DNA of 64,000 bases from a virus: positions 5,937-69,936 of the IMG/VR virus record IMGVR_UViG_3300043436_003510. One strand, 5' to 3'. The notes beneath the pieces are model-generated. The model saw nothing but the letters and a program-made list of their open reading frames with translations. It did not search any database and was not told the DNA's origin. A program made the translations under genes and the position numbers. Positions 50,715 to 60,055 of the stretch are shown in pieces (the first letter of the stretch is position 1; every line of letters begins with the position of its first letter).

Positions 50715-52642
50715 TACTTGACTGGGCACGCTCCTGTGGCGCAGTTATCAAGGTCAAGTTCCAAGTTGCTTGAATTCTGTTGCATAGGAATAGTCAGGTC
50801 AATCTTTGCGACTGTTTTTCTGTATTCCTCTTCAGTGATTTCCTCGTAAGGAGGAAGAGGGAAGTTGTGGTCGGAATGAAGCAAGAAAGAAACAGACTTA
50901 ATGCTGGTGTTGTAGTGCTTTTCAAGCCATGACTTGATTTCTTCAAGTTCTTCTTTGCGGTAATACACCGTCACAGAAACAGCGTTATCTGCCCAGTCTT
51001 TTTGCATTGATGCAACCCATTCAAGTTGTTCAACTGCTGTCATGTCTTTTGCAAGAACTGAACCCTCTGGGGATTCGCAAGGGAATTCAACAACATACTT
51101 TGTTCTGTCTTCACGACCGTCAAGACCGACTTCCCATTGAACCTTGTATCCACGCTTGCGACACGCATCAACAAGTGGGTCTGCGGAGTTAAAACGAACA
51201 CGACGAGTATAGAAGCGAGCAAAAGCAGGATGAATACCAGGAGTGACTCCAGGAAGAAGTGAAAGAGTGCCTGAAGGCTGAACAGTTGTTAAACGAACAG
51301 AGCGTGGCATGTCGTTCTCTTTTGAGTATTCAATATCAAAAGCGTCAAGGTGTTCATAACCCTTGCGAAGCCATGAAAGTTGCTCAGGTGAACACTGAAG
51401 AATTCCAGTGATTGACTGCCCAAGACGAGAGTTCTTGCGAACCACATCTGTTGTTTTTTGGTATGGGTAATCCATGCGTGTGATTTGCTTCTGAGTGATA
51501 TACAGAAGTTCAGATACTTCAAGAAACTGCTCGTATGAATCAATGTTGGGAAGGAATATTGTTGCAAGGTTGCATGACTCTCCATCGCCCAATGCAATTT
51601 CTGCACATGGGTTAAAGCCTTCAATAGTCGGGTCAGGGCGAACTTCGCCTATGCGTCCAAACTTGCGGGCAAGACGACGATTCAACAAACCATAAGGTTC
51701 TCCTGAGCCGTTATAGCCCTTCCAGAGTTCAGGAAGGATATGGTCGTAGTAATCGGCATAAATGCTGTTGTTTGAGTTTGCACGCCATGCTGGGATATTT
51801 CCTGTCCCCCAGTTCTTTGCACGAAGAAACAGAACATCGTCTGGGTCACCGATTGCGATTTGAGCAGAACGACGAGAAGAACCAGAAACAACGATGCGTC
51901 CAATGATGTTGCAGATATCCAAAACATCAATTGAACGAAGTTTTTTTCCAGCGCGAGCATCAAGGACTTTACAAATATCGTCAATTCCATCAATGAGAGC
52001 ACCAGGCCCAGATGCGGTTCCACCGAATGTTTTTAAGCGAGCACCAAACTCACGAATCAAAATTGTTGAATAAGTAAATGATTTTCCTGTCTCAAAGTAT
52101 GACTTGAGAACAGCATGGAGGAGACGACGCCAGCCTTGGCGTGAATCGGGAACAATAATGTCCGCATCGTTGGTCCGCTCATGTGTGACAATAACTCCCG
52201 ACTTAACTTTTGGAAGGTCGTGAATTTTTGAACGCTCAACCGAGAATCCAACTCCACCACCAAGCATGAGGTAGTCAAACAAAAGTTCAAAGTCTTCAAC
52301 GGATTCAATGTTTGTGAAGTAACAGTTGTTGAGAGATGTTCCATTGAATTGCTTTACAAGAGGAGTTCCAAGTTGCCACAAAGCACGACCAGACATTGAA
52401 CAACGCAAGTTGAACATGTGGTCAAACAGTTTTTCTGCTTGGTCTTGCGTATACGGCACACCAATTTGTACGGCACCTTCAATTACTCGCTGAATTGTTT
52501 CAGCCCAGGTTTCGTTTCTTTCAGTTCCTTCAACAGGACGACTGTATGTACGGAGAAAAACTATTTCTCCAAGCCCCCCGAAACCCCAAGGTGGTGTTTG
52601 GGTTTTGTATGAATCAATAAATTCCTGATTAAGTACAGGCAT
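50714..52642 (-). CDS. nrdJ: Class II (B12-dependent) ribonucleoside-triphosphate reductase
   Basis: FLRTYSR, GRALW, NNC, GGGVGFS, RRSAQI, NPCAE, CNL, QPSGT, DNAVSVT, C-terminal C..GACP. Confidence 0.93.
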   Translation of the reverse strand: MPVLNQEFIDSYKTQTPPWGFGGLGEIVFLRTYSRPVEGTERNETWAETIQRVIEGAVQIGVPYTQDQAEKLFDHMFNLRCSMSGRALWQLGTPLVKQFNGTSLNNCYFTNIESVEDFELLFDYLMLGGGVGFSVERSKIHDLPKVKSGVIVTHERTNDADIIVPDSRQGWRRLLHAVLKSYFETGKSFTYSTILIREFGARLKTFGGTASGPGALIDGIDDICKVLDARAGKKLRSIDVLDICNIIGRIVVSGSSRRSAQIAIGDPDDVLFLRAKNWGTGNIPAWRANSNNSIYADYYDHILPELWKGYNGSGEPYGLLNRRLARKFGRIGEVRPDPTIEGFNPCAEIALGDGESCNLATIFLPNIDSYEQFLEVSELLYITQKQITRMDYPYQKTTDVVRKNSRLGQSITGILQCSPEQLSWLRKGYEHLDAFDIEYSKENDMPRSVRLTTVQPSGTLSLLPGVTPGIHPAFARFYTRRVRFNSADPLVDACRKRGYKVQWEVGLDGREDRTKYVVEFPCESPEGSVLAKDMTAVEQLEWVASMQKDWADNAVSVTVYYRKEELEEIKSWLEKHYNTSIKSVSFLLHSDHNFPLPPYEEITEEEYRKTVAKIDLTIPMQQNSSNLELDLDNCATGACPVK

Positions 52643-52715
52643 CGTGTTCCCCTCTAATAGGTTGTTGTAGTTGTAAGGAATACCACGATACACGAAAACT
52701 AAATACAGAAAGTGT

Positions 52716-53024
52716 TCAGAGAAGACCTAATTCGTTTGCTTTATCCACAGATATTTTTTGACCCTTGCGAACGACAAGCGTCCTCGCCTTATAGAACGGG
52801 TTAATCTGTCTTTCTTCAAAAATGTCTTCTTCAACAGTAAAAATCAAATTTCTATCTATTGATTTGAATATTCCGATACCTATAACATGATGAGGTTCAG
52901 ACGCTTCAGCAGAGCAATCGCCAGTTGGGTGTCCACAGACAACACACGCCATTCTGTCTGCCCGAACAACACTAATACCATCAAATAGGTATTCAGGGTA
53001 CATTCCCTCAATGTTCTGATTCAT
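52716..53024 (-). CDS. Hypothetical protein with C..CGHP.GDC motif
   Basis: TACAAT 7 nt before ATG 53024; terminal A.ELGL. Confidence 0.6.
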   Translation of the reverse strand: MNQNIEGMYPEYLFDGISVVRADRMACVVCGHPTGDCSAEASEPHHVIGIGIFKSIDRNLIFTVEEDIFEERQINPFYKARTLVVRKGQKISVDKANELGLL

Positions 53025-53085
53025 ACATAAAATTGTAGTCTCATCACAATCTTCACCTTGCAACTAGTCAAGATAAGTGCAGAAC

Positions 53086-53114
53086 TTGACAACCGCTGTT
53101 GGTCCAGATACTAT
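53086..53114 (+). promoter_or_regulatory. Sigma70/SigA-type leaderless promoter
   Basis: TTGACA-17-TACTAT, GTG start 7 nt downstream. Confidence 0.7.
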
Positions 53115-53121
53115 TTGTCTT

Positions 53122-53364
53122 GTGGAAAAACGAGAAGTAACAGAAGAAGAAGTCAAGTATCTAAATGCCGTGGATACAGCCATCAAAAGGGCAGCGGTAG
53201 TGATGGAACTTGCGGATATTGATGAGGATGAGTCATCCGAGGATTTTGACTCAATCTATGAGGATAGGTTTCATTGCGGAACCTGCATAGTGAGAACGGT
53301 TCTTGACGAGATTTGGCCAGAACTCAATAACCTCATGGATTACTACGAGCGCAAAACCCCATAA
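53122..53364 (+). CDS. Hypothetical acidic protein with HCGTC
   Basis: Start moved to GTG 53122 to fit the promoter. Confidence 0.6.
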   Translation: MEKREVTEEEVKYLNAVDTAIKRAAVVMELADIDEDESSEDFDSIYEDRFHCGTCIVRTVLDEIWPELNNLMDYYERKTP

Positions 53365-53395
53365 ATTACCCTTTTTGATGGTTTTTTAACAAAAC

Positions 53396-53424
53396 TTGCG
53401 AAACCTTGACACACCCTGTATAAT
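53396..53424 (+). promoter_or_regulatory. SigA-type promoter for phosphatase-deacetylase operon
   Basis: TTGCGA-17-TATAAT with TG extension; ACACCC in spacer. Confidence 0.7.
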
Positions 53425-53459
53425 GAGTGTGTCACATCTACTAGACATGAAAGGCACTT

Positions 53460-53933
53460 GTGGATAACAAATTAATTACACTTCCAGTCGTCTCCAATAT
53501 TGAGGAGGCAAAAAACTGGAACAAGAAATTCAAGTCCGTACTAACCGTCGGACCTAAAAAATTAGAGGTTGATTGGGGTCACCCAAATCACCGAATCTTT
53601 GAATTTGGCGATACCACGGGAGGACTCAACGCTCCCAAGATTGAAGAAATCAAGGAAGCGGTATTTTGGGGGGCAGAACAGGACGACCTTTTGGTTCACT
53701 GTCATGCTGGAATGTCTCGCTCAACATCTACGGCATGGGGAATCTCCATTGCTCGTGGGGCTGACCCGCTTGATTCATTTCTTGCTCTCAAAGAGGCTCA
53801 CCCAATGGATAGTCGCTCTCGCAAGAGGGACTTCATTCCCAATAGGCTTATTGTCAAGCATTTAATGGAAATATTTGACAACCAAGACTTAGAACTTATT
53901 AGAAAAGAACACTCACATGATGGATGGTACTAA
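53460..53933 (+). CDS. Cys-based protein tyrosine/dual-specificity phosphatase
   Basis: F.D, LLVHCHAGMSRS (HCX5R), PN. Confidence 0.88.
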   Translation: MDNKLITLPVVSNIEEAKNWNKKFKSVLTVGPKKLEVDWGHPNHRIFEFGDTTGGLNAPKIEEIKEAVFWGAEQDDLLVHCHAGMSRSTSTAWGISIARGADPLDSFLALKEAHPMDSRSRKRDFIPNRLIVKHLMEIFDNQDLELIRKEHSHDGWY

Positions 53934-53934
53934 A

Positions 53935-54855
53935 ATGAAAATTTACTACAACGAAAACTACACCGCTTCAAAGTATGCATTTGACACGACACGCAAGTCT
54001 CGTGCTATTGCTCAACGACTAGAAGTCAACCCAATCGCGAACCTAGAACTCACAGACCCCGAAACAGAAGCATTTACTGATGTTGACGGTCAGGTGACGG
54101 AGAGCAATTTCTCTCAGGTTGCTATTCAGCACCTTCAGAAACTCCACGACAATACATATTTTGAGGCTGTACTCAAAGGTAACCCTAGGGACTTGGCTGA
54201 ATCTCAAGGATTTGACTGGGACGAAGGAATCTACAAGATGGCTGTCTCTCATGCGTCGGGTCTCATTGCTGCTACACACGAAGCGTTAAGCAACAAGACA
54301 ACTTCAGGGAGTCTTTCATCAGGACTGCATCACGCTCACCTTTCATACGGCGCAGGGTTTTGCACATTCAATGGTCTCGCTGCTTCTGCTGATTACGCTA
54401 TTGAAGCATTCGGCGCAGAGCGTGTATTGATTCTTGACTTTGACGCTCACGCAGGTGGTGGAACATGGGAAATTGTCAACACTTACCACCCTGACAATGT
54501 TGTACAAGTTGATGTAACTTGCGCTGCTTTTGACACCTGGACACCAGAGGGCGAAAGTTCCATCTGGTACACAGGGCATCAGGATTACCGCAAGGATATT
54601 GACCGTGCTCTTGTGTACGCTTCCAAAAAGTTAGACAAGTTTGACCTAATTATTTACAACGCAGGCATGGACCCCCTCAACAGTGGCGTTTCCCTGGACG
54701 ACATTGTTTATCGTGAAGATGCTGTTCGTAACTTCATTGGAGATACTCCAGCAATCTACGCTCTTGCAGGTGGATACACATGGGGCAACAAGACAATGGA
54801 TGATGTCGTGGATTGGCACAGCATCACCCTGAAGACTTGGGCTGAGGCTAAGTAA
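53935..54855 (+). CDS. Zn-dependent histone-deacetylase-family enzyme
   Basis: GLHHA, GFCTFNG, ILDFDAH.G.GT, YNAGMDP, LAGGY. Confidence 0.9.
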   Translation: MKIYYNENYTASKYAFDTTRKSRAIAQRLEVNPIANLELTDPETEAFTDVDGQVTESNFSQVAIQHLQKLHDNTYFEAVLKGNPRDLAESQGFDWDEGIYKMAVSHASGLIAATHEALSNKTTSGSLSSGLHHAHLSYGAGFCTFNGLAASADYAIEAFGAERVLILDFDAHAGGGTWEIVNTYHPDNVVQVDVTCAAFDTWTPEGESSIWYTGHQDYRKDIDRALVYASKKLDKFDLIIYNAGMDPLNSGVSLDDIVYREDAVRNFIGDTPAIYALAGGYTWGNKTMDDVVDWHSITLKTWAEAK

Positions 54856-54874
54856 TACGAACTACAATATTGGG

Positions 54875-56647
54875 ATGTTCTCATTCCGTTTAAAGACTGG
54901 TAGAAATGCTGCTTCCGAATTAGGGGGCAGCATTTCTGTTGGTGCCAAGGCACTCGGACGCACTATCGGTCAAGCCCCACCCTCTGTCAAGCCTTCAGAA
55001 GAAGACGGAGATGGAGATGGGTTTAGAACTGGACCCGACGGCAGGGACAATATTCCAGTCACAAAACTACCTGAAATATTGACTACCGAAGCCTTAAAAA
55101 AAATGCGTTCCGACATTAACCCCGATTTTTTAAATCGTGAAAAAAGCCCGCAAAAAGACGACGGCGACGAGATGTTAAGTGCCGAAGAATTAATGAAACT
55201 CCCTGCGGAGAATTCACATAATCTTTCACTACTAGACGAAGAGTCATCAGACTACCTAGATAACCAACGCAAAATAAATTCTGGTTATATGAATCAGCGT
55301 GTGCGCAAAGATGGCGTCTTTATGCCAATCATCTTGCGAGAATGGGCTGATGGGACAAGAAGTATTTTTGATGGACATCATCGTCTTATAGCCGCATATG
55401 ATAATCACCCCAATTTTCAAGTTCCCGTATTCGTTTGGAAAGAAGAAGGAAATATGGAGGATGAGTTTAAGTCACTTGTAAGACAACTCACTGGTTTGGA
55501 AGTAAAGATTCTGGGGGCTCCTATCGGCGGTCTTGGTGACCCTTCAGACTTTGACGGCGATGGCGACGGATTTCTAACTGGACCCGACGGCAGGGACAAT
55601 ATTCCCGCACCAACACAAGTCGTTGACAATCTAAAAGGTGCGTGGAACAAACTGCGCGAAAAGAAAATGGCTGGCGACGAAGCCCGTGCCATCAAGGCCG
55701 CAAACCTTGTTAAAGGCAAGAAGCCAAAGACCCCTCAGGAAATAAACCAACTTCTAAGAGGCGCACGAACAAGGGAAGATGTGGTTGAGGCGAGAAAAAA
55801 TGTTCGTGAATGGGCCGAGTCAATTTTTGCTTTTGACGGATTAGGTGATGACGGCAGTAACAAAGTCGTAATATTTAAGGGTAAAACTGGCGTAAATATT
55901 GTTGGCAGAAAAAGAGAAGTTCCGTCGGTAAACGACCAAGACCCTGACGAGCCTTATCTACACATCAGAATCTCAGGCAAGATTGTTGACAAAGACGGTA
56001 AGGAAGTTGGCCTCTTTGAAAGAAGAGTTTTTCTTGACGACTACAACGCCGCTAAAAAACCGCACATATACAACGAAATTTTAAGAATGCAGCCAGAAGC
56101 AAGGGGTAAGGGAATCGGAGCGGATTTTACTCTTGCCTCAGAAGCACAATATGCGGCGATGGGACTAGATGAAATGCGCCTCAATGCTGGACTTGCGGAC
56201 GGCGTTTACACATGGCTTCGTGCTGGATACAGGTTTAAAAACGACAAAGAGCGTATTGACTTTGCCGAGACAATAGAAAAAAGATATCAGGCAATGCTGA
56301 AGGATGCTGGCAGTAAAGAAAACCTCATTAAGGGCGGATTTATGACGAGCGTTGGTGGCCGTGCATTTGACGACGACAAGACCGTAAAAATGCCAGAACC
56401 ACTGTTTGAGAGCATGGAACAACTGGAACTTTTCCTTAAATTTTTAGGAAGAGCAAAAGGTTCTCCGCAGGGGTCAGACAGGGAAATTCCGCCTGCGGCT
56501 TTTACGCTTTTTGGTGATTTTTCAAAAAGATTAATGCGTGGCATGAATAACGACCTCGTCAAGGATATTAACCCTAGTTTTTCCGTAAAAGAGAAAACGC
56601 TTGTTATTACAGGGCTTGACATTCTCACTACAAGGGTGTATGATTAG
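54875..56647 (+). CDS. DGDGDG-tagged effector: ParB-like domain + GNAT-like acetyltransferase
   Basis: Two DGDGDGF.TGPDGRDNIP tags; PII...IFDGHHRL.A; RGKGIG, L.AGL.DGVYTWLRAGY. Confidence 0.75.
   Translation: MFSFRLKTGRNAASELGGSISVGAKALGRTIGQAPPSVKPSEEDGDGDGFRTGPDGRDNIPVTKLPEILTTEALKKMRSDINPDFLNREKSPQKDDGDEMLSAEELMKLPAENSHNLSLLDEESSDYLDNQRKINSGYMNQRVRKDGVFMPIILREWADGTRSIFDGHHRLIAAYDNHPNFQVPVFVWKEEGNMEDEFKSLVRQLTGLEVKILGAPIGGLGDPSDFDGDGDGFLTGPDGRDNIPAPTQVVDNLKGAWNKLREKKMAGDEARAIKAANLVKGKKPKTPQEINQLLRGARTREDVVEARKNVREWAESIFAFDGLGDDGSNKVVIFKGKTGVNIVGRKREVPSVNDQDPDEPYLHIRISGKIVDKDGKEVGLFERRVFLDDYNAAKKPHIYNEILRMQPEARGKGIGADFTLASEAQYAAMGLDEMRLNAGLADGVYTWLRAGYRFKNDKERIDFAETIEKRYQAMLKDAGSKENLIKGGFMTSVGGRAFDDDKTVKMPEPLFESMEQLELFLKFLGRAKGSPQGSDREIPPAAFTLFGDFSKRLMRGMNNDLVKDINPSFSVKEKTLVITGLDILTTRVYD
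55027..55605 (+). repeat. Identical 30-bp direct repeat (55027-55056 and 55576-55605)
   Basis: aactggacccgacggcagggacaatattcc x2, encoding TGPDGRDNIP. Confidence 0.85.
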
Positions 56648-56650
56648 GCC

Positions 56651-56833
56651 ATGAATTACGAAGTAGAAATAATCAAAATTCTTATGGATAATAATGAAGT
56701 TCGCAAAGATTATCCACGCATTTGTGCTGTTGCAAAAGCGGTCGCACGAGAAGATGAAGACTATATGGAATATCTATGGGCTTACACCTCTGGCAAGCGA
56801 GACTGGAAAAAAGTAGAAAAAGAACTCGGCTGA
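56651..56833 (+). CDS. Small helical partner downstream of GNAT effector (candidate immunity)
   Basis: 60 aa, helix-EDED-helix; TATGAT 6 nt before ATG. Confidence 0.55.
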   Translation: MNYEVEIIKILMDNNEVRKDYPRICAVAKAVAREDEDYMEYLWAYTSGKRDWKKVEKELG

Positions 56834-56835
56834 AG

Positions 56836-56864
56836 TTGCAAAACATAATACAATGTGTTATACT
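56836..56864 (+). promoter_or_regulatory. SigA-type promoter
   Basis: TTGCAA-17-TATACT. Confidence 0.7.
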
Positions 56865-56917
56865 TCAAAACGAACATACTGAACCGTCAGCACTGCTGAT
56901 ACTAGAACAAGGAAAAC

Positions 56918-57163
56918 ATGGACAACGAAAAAATCAAGCACGGAACATACGCTGCTTACACAAATAGAAAATGTCGTTGCGAGGAATGCAAAACCGCTGC
57001 TCGTGAATACATGCGCGAATACCGTAAAACAGACTCAGGTCGTGAACGCTCCCGTCTCTACACCCATATTGCGACCAAGCGAAGTAGCAAGGCTGCTGCA
57101 TGGGTAAAAGAAAACCACCCAGATGTTTGGGAAAAAATCTGTTCAGAAATAACATCACGATAA
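56918..57163 (+). CDS. Small zinc-binding protein (HGT..Y...CRC..C)
   Basis: KHGTYAAYTNRKCRCEEC motif common in actinophages. Confidence 0.75.
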   Translation: MDNEKIKHGTYAAYTNRKCRCEECKTAAREYMREYRKTDSGRERSRLYTHIATKRSSKAAAWVKENHPDVWEKICSEITSR

Positions 57164-57172
57164 GGAACAAAA

Positions 57173-57403
57173 ATGTGTGACTTCCTTACTGGTCCTAACC
57201 ATCGGGATAAAAGAAGAATTACGGAACTTGAAGAACAACTCAAGGCAGAGCGTCACGCTTGCGATGCGCTCTTCGCTTCCCTGAGAAGCGGAAATTCATC
57301 AGAAGTAATGAGTCTATATTCAATGGTGCTTCACGCACGCAGTACAAGCAACTACGAAAACATTATTGAATTGTCGCACAAGATTATTGGTGATTCACGA
57401 TGA
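57173..57403 (+). CDS. Hypothetical protein
   Basis: AGGA RBS, in operon. Confidence 0.6.
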   Translation: MCDFLTGPNHRDKRRITELEEQLKAERHACDALFASLRSGNSSEVMSLYSMVLHARSTSNYENIIELSHKIIGDSR

Positions 57404-57600
57404 CAGACCATGCTCAAATGAGAAAAACAATGCTGGACGCAATAGACGCAGAACAACTTCTTCTAGAGATTGATAATATAATTTTTAAACCATCTCATTT
57501 TACATTGATTGACAGCACTTACCTATTTAAAAGATGCAGAACAGCAATTGAACTATTGAGTCGTTTAGCAGAAGAAAATGCGTCCACAATTAAAGGTTGA
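57400..57600 (+). CDS. Hypothetical protein
   Basis: ATGA overlap. Confidence 0.6.
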   Translation: MTDHAQMRKTMLDAIDAEQLLLEIDNIIFKPSHFTLIDSTYLFKRCRTAIELLSRLAEENASTIKG

Positions 57601-57859
57601 GTCCTTTCTCAACACAAGACAAATAGGCATCTATGTTTTTAAAGATGGATGCGAAAGAATGGTAGCCATATCATTATGGCAAATAGCGATAGGAATTGAA
57701 TGGAAGACCCAAAAAAAGAAACCGAGATTCTCAGAAAAGAAATTTCTGAACTCCGTCAAAGACTGCTCGGAAGCAATACGCCGATTGAACCAGAGTCGCT
57801 ACCCCCATCGTCATTGGGGAGAAAACTCGGAACACTCGGAAGCAGATTTAAATCCTTGA
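57578..57859 (+). CDS. Hypothetical protein
   Basis: Fills gap; overlaps 57700..57882. Confidence 0.45.
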   Translation: MRPQLKVESFLNTRQIGIYVFKDGCERMVAISLWQIAIGIEWKTQKKKPRFSEKKFLNSVKDCSEAIRRLNQSRYPHRHWGENSEHSEADLNP

Positions 57860-57882
57860 CACGCTTCAAGGATTTAGGTTAA
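57700..57882 (+). CDS. Hypothetical coiled-coil protein
   Basis: AGGA RBS; heptad N-terminus. Confidence 0.45.
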   Translation: MEDPKKETEILRKEISELRQRLLGSNTPIEPESLPPSSLGRKLGTLGSRFKSLTRFKDLG

Positions 57883-57916
57883 ACTAAACGACAAATAACT
57901 ACTAGAAAAGGAAATC

Positions 57917-58216
57917 ATGTTTTTTGACCCACCCGAAGATAGCCCTTTGGCAACTTCTGTACCGTGCATTGTTGAACTCTCAATCGGTGCTGGTTCAGAA
58001 ATTCGTCACTACGGACCATTCAACTCACTTAACGACGCTCGCGCATGGTGCGCACAACAAACACATTCAAACTTCACTATCACCCCGCTTCGGCGTATAG
58101 ACATAGAGCGAACACATAACGACTGGTATGGACCACAACTCATTGATGGCGACATCAGCAAACTAATTGATGACCTCTGTGGTCTTGAAAAGTTTAAAGA
58201 ATGGGAACAGTCATGA
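57917..58216 (+). CDS. Hypothetical protein
   Basis: AAGGA RBS; YGPF....A..W motif. Confidence 0.65.
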   Translation: MFFDPPEDSPLATSVPCIVELSIGAGSEIRHYGPFNSLNDARAWCAQQTHSNFTITPLRRIDIERTHNDWYGPQLIDGDISKLIDDLCGLEKFKEWEQS

Positions 58217-59187
58217 GCATCCGCACAGCATTCAGTGTCCTAGATGCTTACGACTACCACACAGAACTCATCAAAGCGGTGCGAAGCGTAAAAAATGGCG
58301 ACGCTGACGACAGGATTCGTTGCGTTATGTCCGACTCCGAAACAGCAAATCTTCCCTACAAAGAACAAATCAAATTTGCTGAAAAAATTTTCCAAGTTGA
58401 AAACATAATGCTTTCAGAGGCTCAAACCATTTTTGTTTCAAAAGAAATAGTTGACGAAATCAACGAGGCAAAACAAACACTTATTGACACAGTGATTATT
58501 GAACAAGATGTCTTTACCCCTTATGGTCTTATTGTTCTTGAAAAACCTTTTATCTACGACCTCGTTGTGGAAGAAGGACGATATACGGAACAATGGTCCA
58601 TTACATCAATCTGTTACTCAATGGTTGATTCTCAAATAAACATCAACCTGTACGGCAGGATGTCCAAAATTACAGACAAATCTGGTGAAGTTTACGCAGA
58701 CCTTTCAAAACCAGGATATGGGCGAAACCATATGCTTACGAACGACACAAGTCGTAGCAGCATTTGTCTTGCAGACATCACCGTTTTTGCGTTCGGAGAC
58801 GCTGGCGTACAATACGATGATGCGCTTATTAGTATTAAAAAATTTCTTATTTCTTTCTTCAGGCTCACTTACGAGTATCTTGAGCGTGACACCGAAAAAC
58901 CATCACGACCATCTAGGCGTAGAGCGGAACGAGAAAACCGTCCAAAAGACGGATACATCGTTAATCTAAAACTGCGCAGGACCGTCTATGAAACAAACGG
59001 TGATGGAGAACACTCTTCCCCGTCGTATGCTTTCCGTGTTCGGGGGCACTGGAAGCGGGCGTATATGCGTTCGCGCAAATTCCCAGTTGGAGACCCTCGT
59101 GGCTACCGTCATGTTTATGTGAAAGACTACATAAAGGGTCGCGGTGACTTTATTGAATCAAAGCGTCTAGTAAGGGTTGAAAAATGA
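58213..59187 (+). CDS. Hypothetical protein with C-terminal VRGHW motif
   Basis: ATGA overlap; R..RRR...V.LRR...VRGHW.......Y.KG pattern. Confidence 0.7.
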   Translation: MSIRTAFSVLDAYDYHTELIKAVRSVKNGDADDRIRCVMSDSETANLPYKEQIKFAEKIFQVENIMLSEAQTIFVSKEIVDEINEAKQTLIDTVIIEQDVFTPYGLIVLEKPFIYDLVVEEGRYTEQWSITSICYSMVDSQININLYGRMSKITDKSGEVYADLSKPGYGRNHMLTNDTSRSSICLADITVFAFGDAGVQYDDALISIKKFLISFFRLTYEYLERDTEKPSRPSRRRAERENRPKDGYIVNLKLRRTVYETNGDGEHSSPSYAFRVRGHWKRAYMRSRKFPVGDPRGYRHVYVKDYIKGRGDFIESKRLVRVEK

Positions 59188-59327
59188 TAGAACACGAAAC
59201 AGAAATCCTCGTCTTGATTGATGCGTTTATCCACGATATTTCTTCGCGGACTGTCATTGAAACATCGGTTGTCGTAGACCGACTACTGGACATTCGGCTT
59301 TTGACCATCACGGCAGCCCCTGTCTAA
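59184..59327 (+). CDS. Small 47-aa protein (not in ORF track)
   Basis: MIEHETEILVLIDAFIHDISSRTVIETSVVVDRLLDIRLLTITAAPV; ATGA overlap. Confidence 0.6.
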   Translation: MIEHETEILVLIDAFIHDISSRTVIETSVVVDRLLDIRLLTITAAPV

Positions 59328-59363
59328 ATAAATTTAACCGACTCTAGAGAGGCTTTTATATAT

Positions 59364-60026
59364 ATGAGATGGGTAGCCCTATACACCCAAAAAGTAATAG
59401 CCCTCCACTCCCTAGCAAAGACGGCTGGCACCACCACAGACGAACTGTGCGCCACCTACAACGGCTTAAAACTAGAAAACGGGCTGGACAAAGGTGAGAT
59501 GTTTAGACACGCTCTCAGCGCCTCCTATGACGCCAAAGAAGTCGTCTACCTTTATACCGTTTGTAGCCTCCCCCATCAGCGAGACAACCGAACCCCAGTC
59601 CAATACGCAACCGACCTTATTATCGGCTGGCTATCAGAGGACGCAATCCTTATAGCCCTCAACAACAACGGCACATTCGCGACACCAATCGGTTCAGACA
59701 AAGACCGAACATTCCTAGAAAAAGACGACATCACCCACCTGGCAGATATTCAAACCCCCACCAAAATCGTGGAACTCGTATTTGACTACACAAACCACTG
59801 GGTCAAACACGACAAACTAGATTTGCGGGATAACAAAAAAACCCACCTAGAAAAGAACGGCATCACCCTCCTCGGGGTCGCCCCACGAGCCAACAAAGCG
59901 TTCGTCATCACCGACTACACAGACTTCACACACGGCGCAATCCCCGCCTACGGAAAAACAGGCTGGACCCTCCAAGGAATCAAACAGCACTTAAAGCCGA
60001 TAAGTGAAGCAATCGCTCTTATCTAG
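59364..60026 (+). CDS. Putative PD-(D/E)XK restriction-endonuclease-like protein
   Basis: W..ED helix, ADI...VEL spacing of acidic residues; no firm family match. Confidence 0.4.
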   Translation: MRWVALYTQKVIALHSLAKTAGTTTDELCATYNGLKLENGLDKGEMFRHALSASYDAKEVVYLYTVCSLPHQRDNRTPVQYATDLIIGWLSEDAILIALNNNGTFATPIGSDKDRTFLEKDDITHLADIQTPTKIVELVFDYTNHWVKHDKLDLRDNKKTHLEKNGITLLGVAPRANKAFVITDYTDFTHGAIPAYGKTGWTLQGIKQHLKPISEAIALI

Positions 60027-60055
60027 CGCGTAGCGCCAAGCGCAAAATTTTAAAA

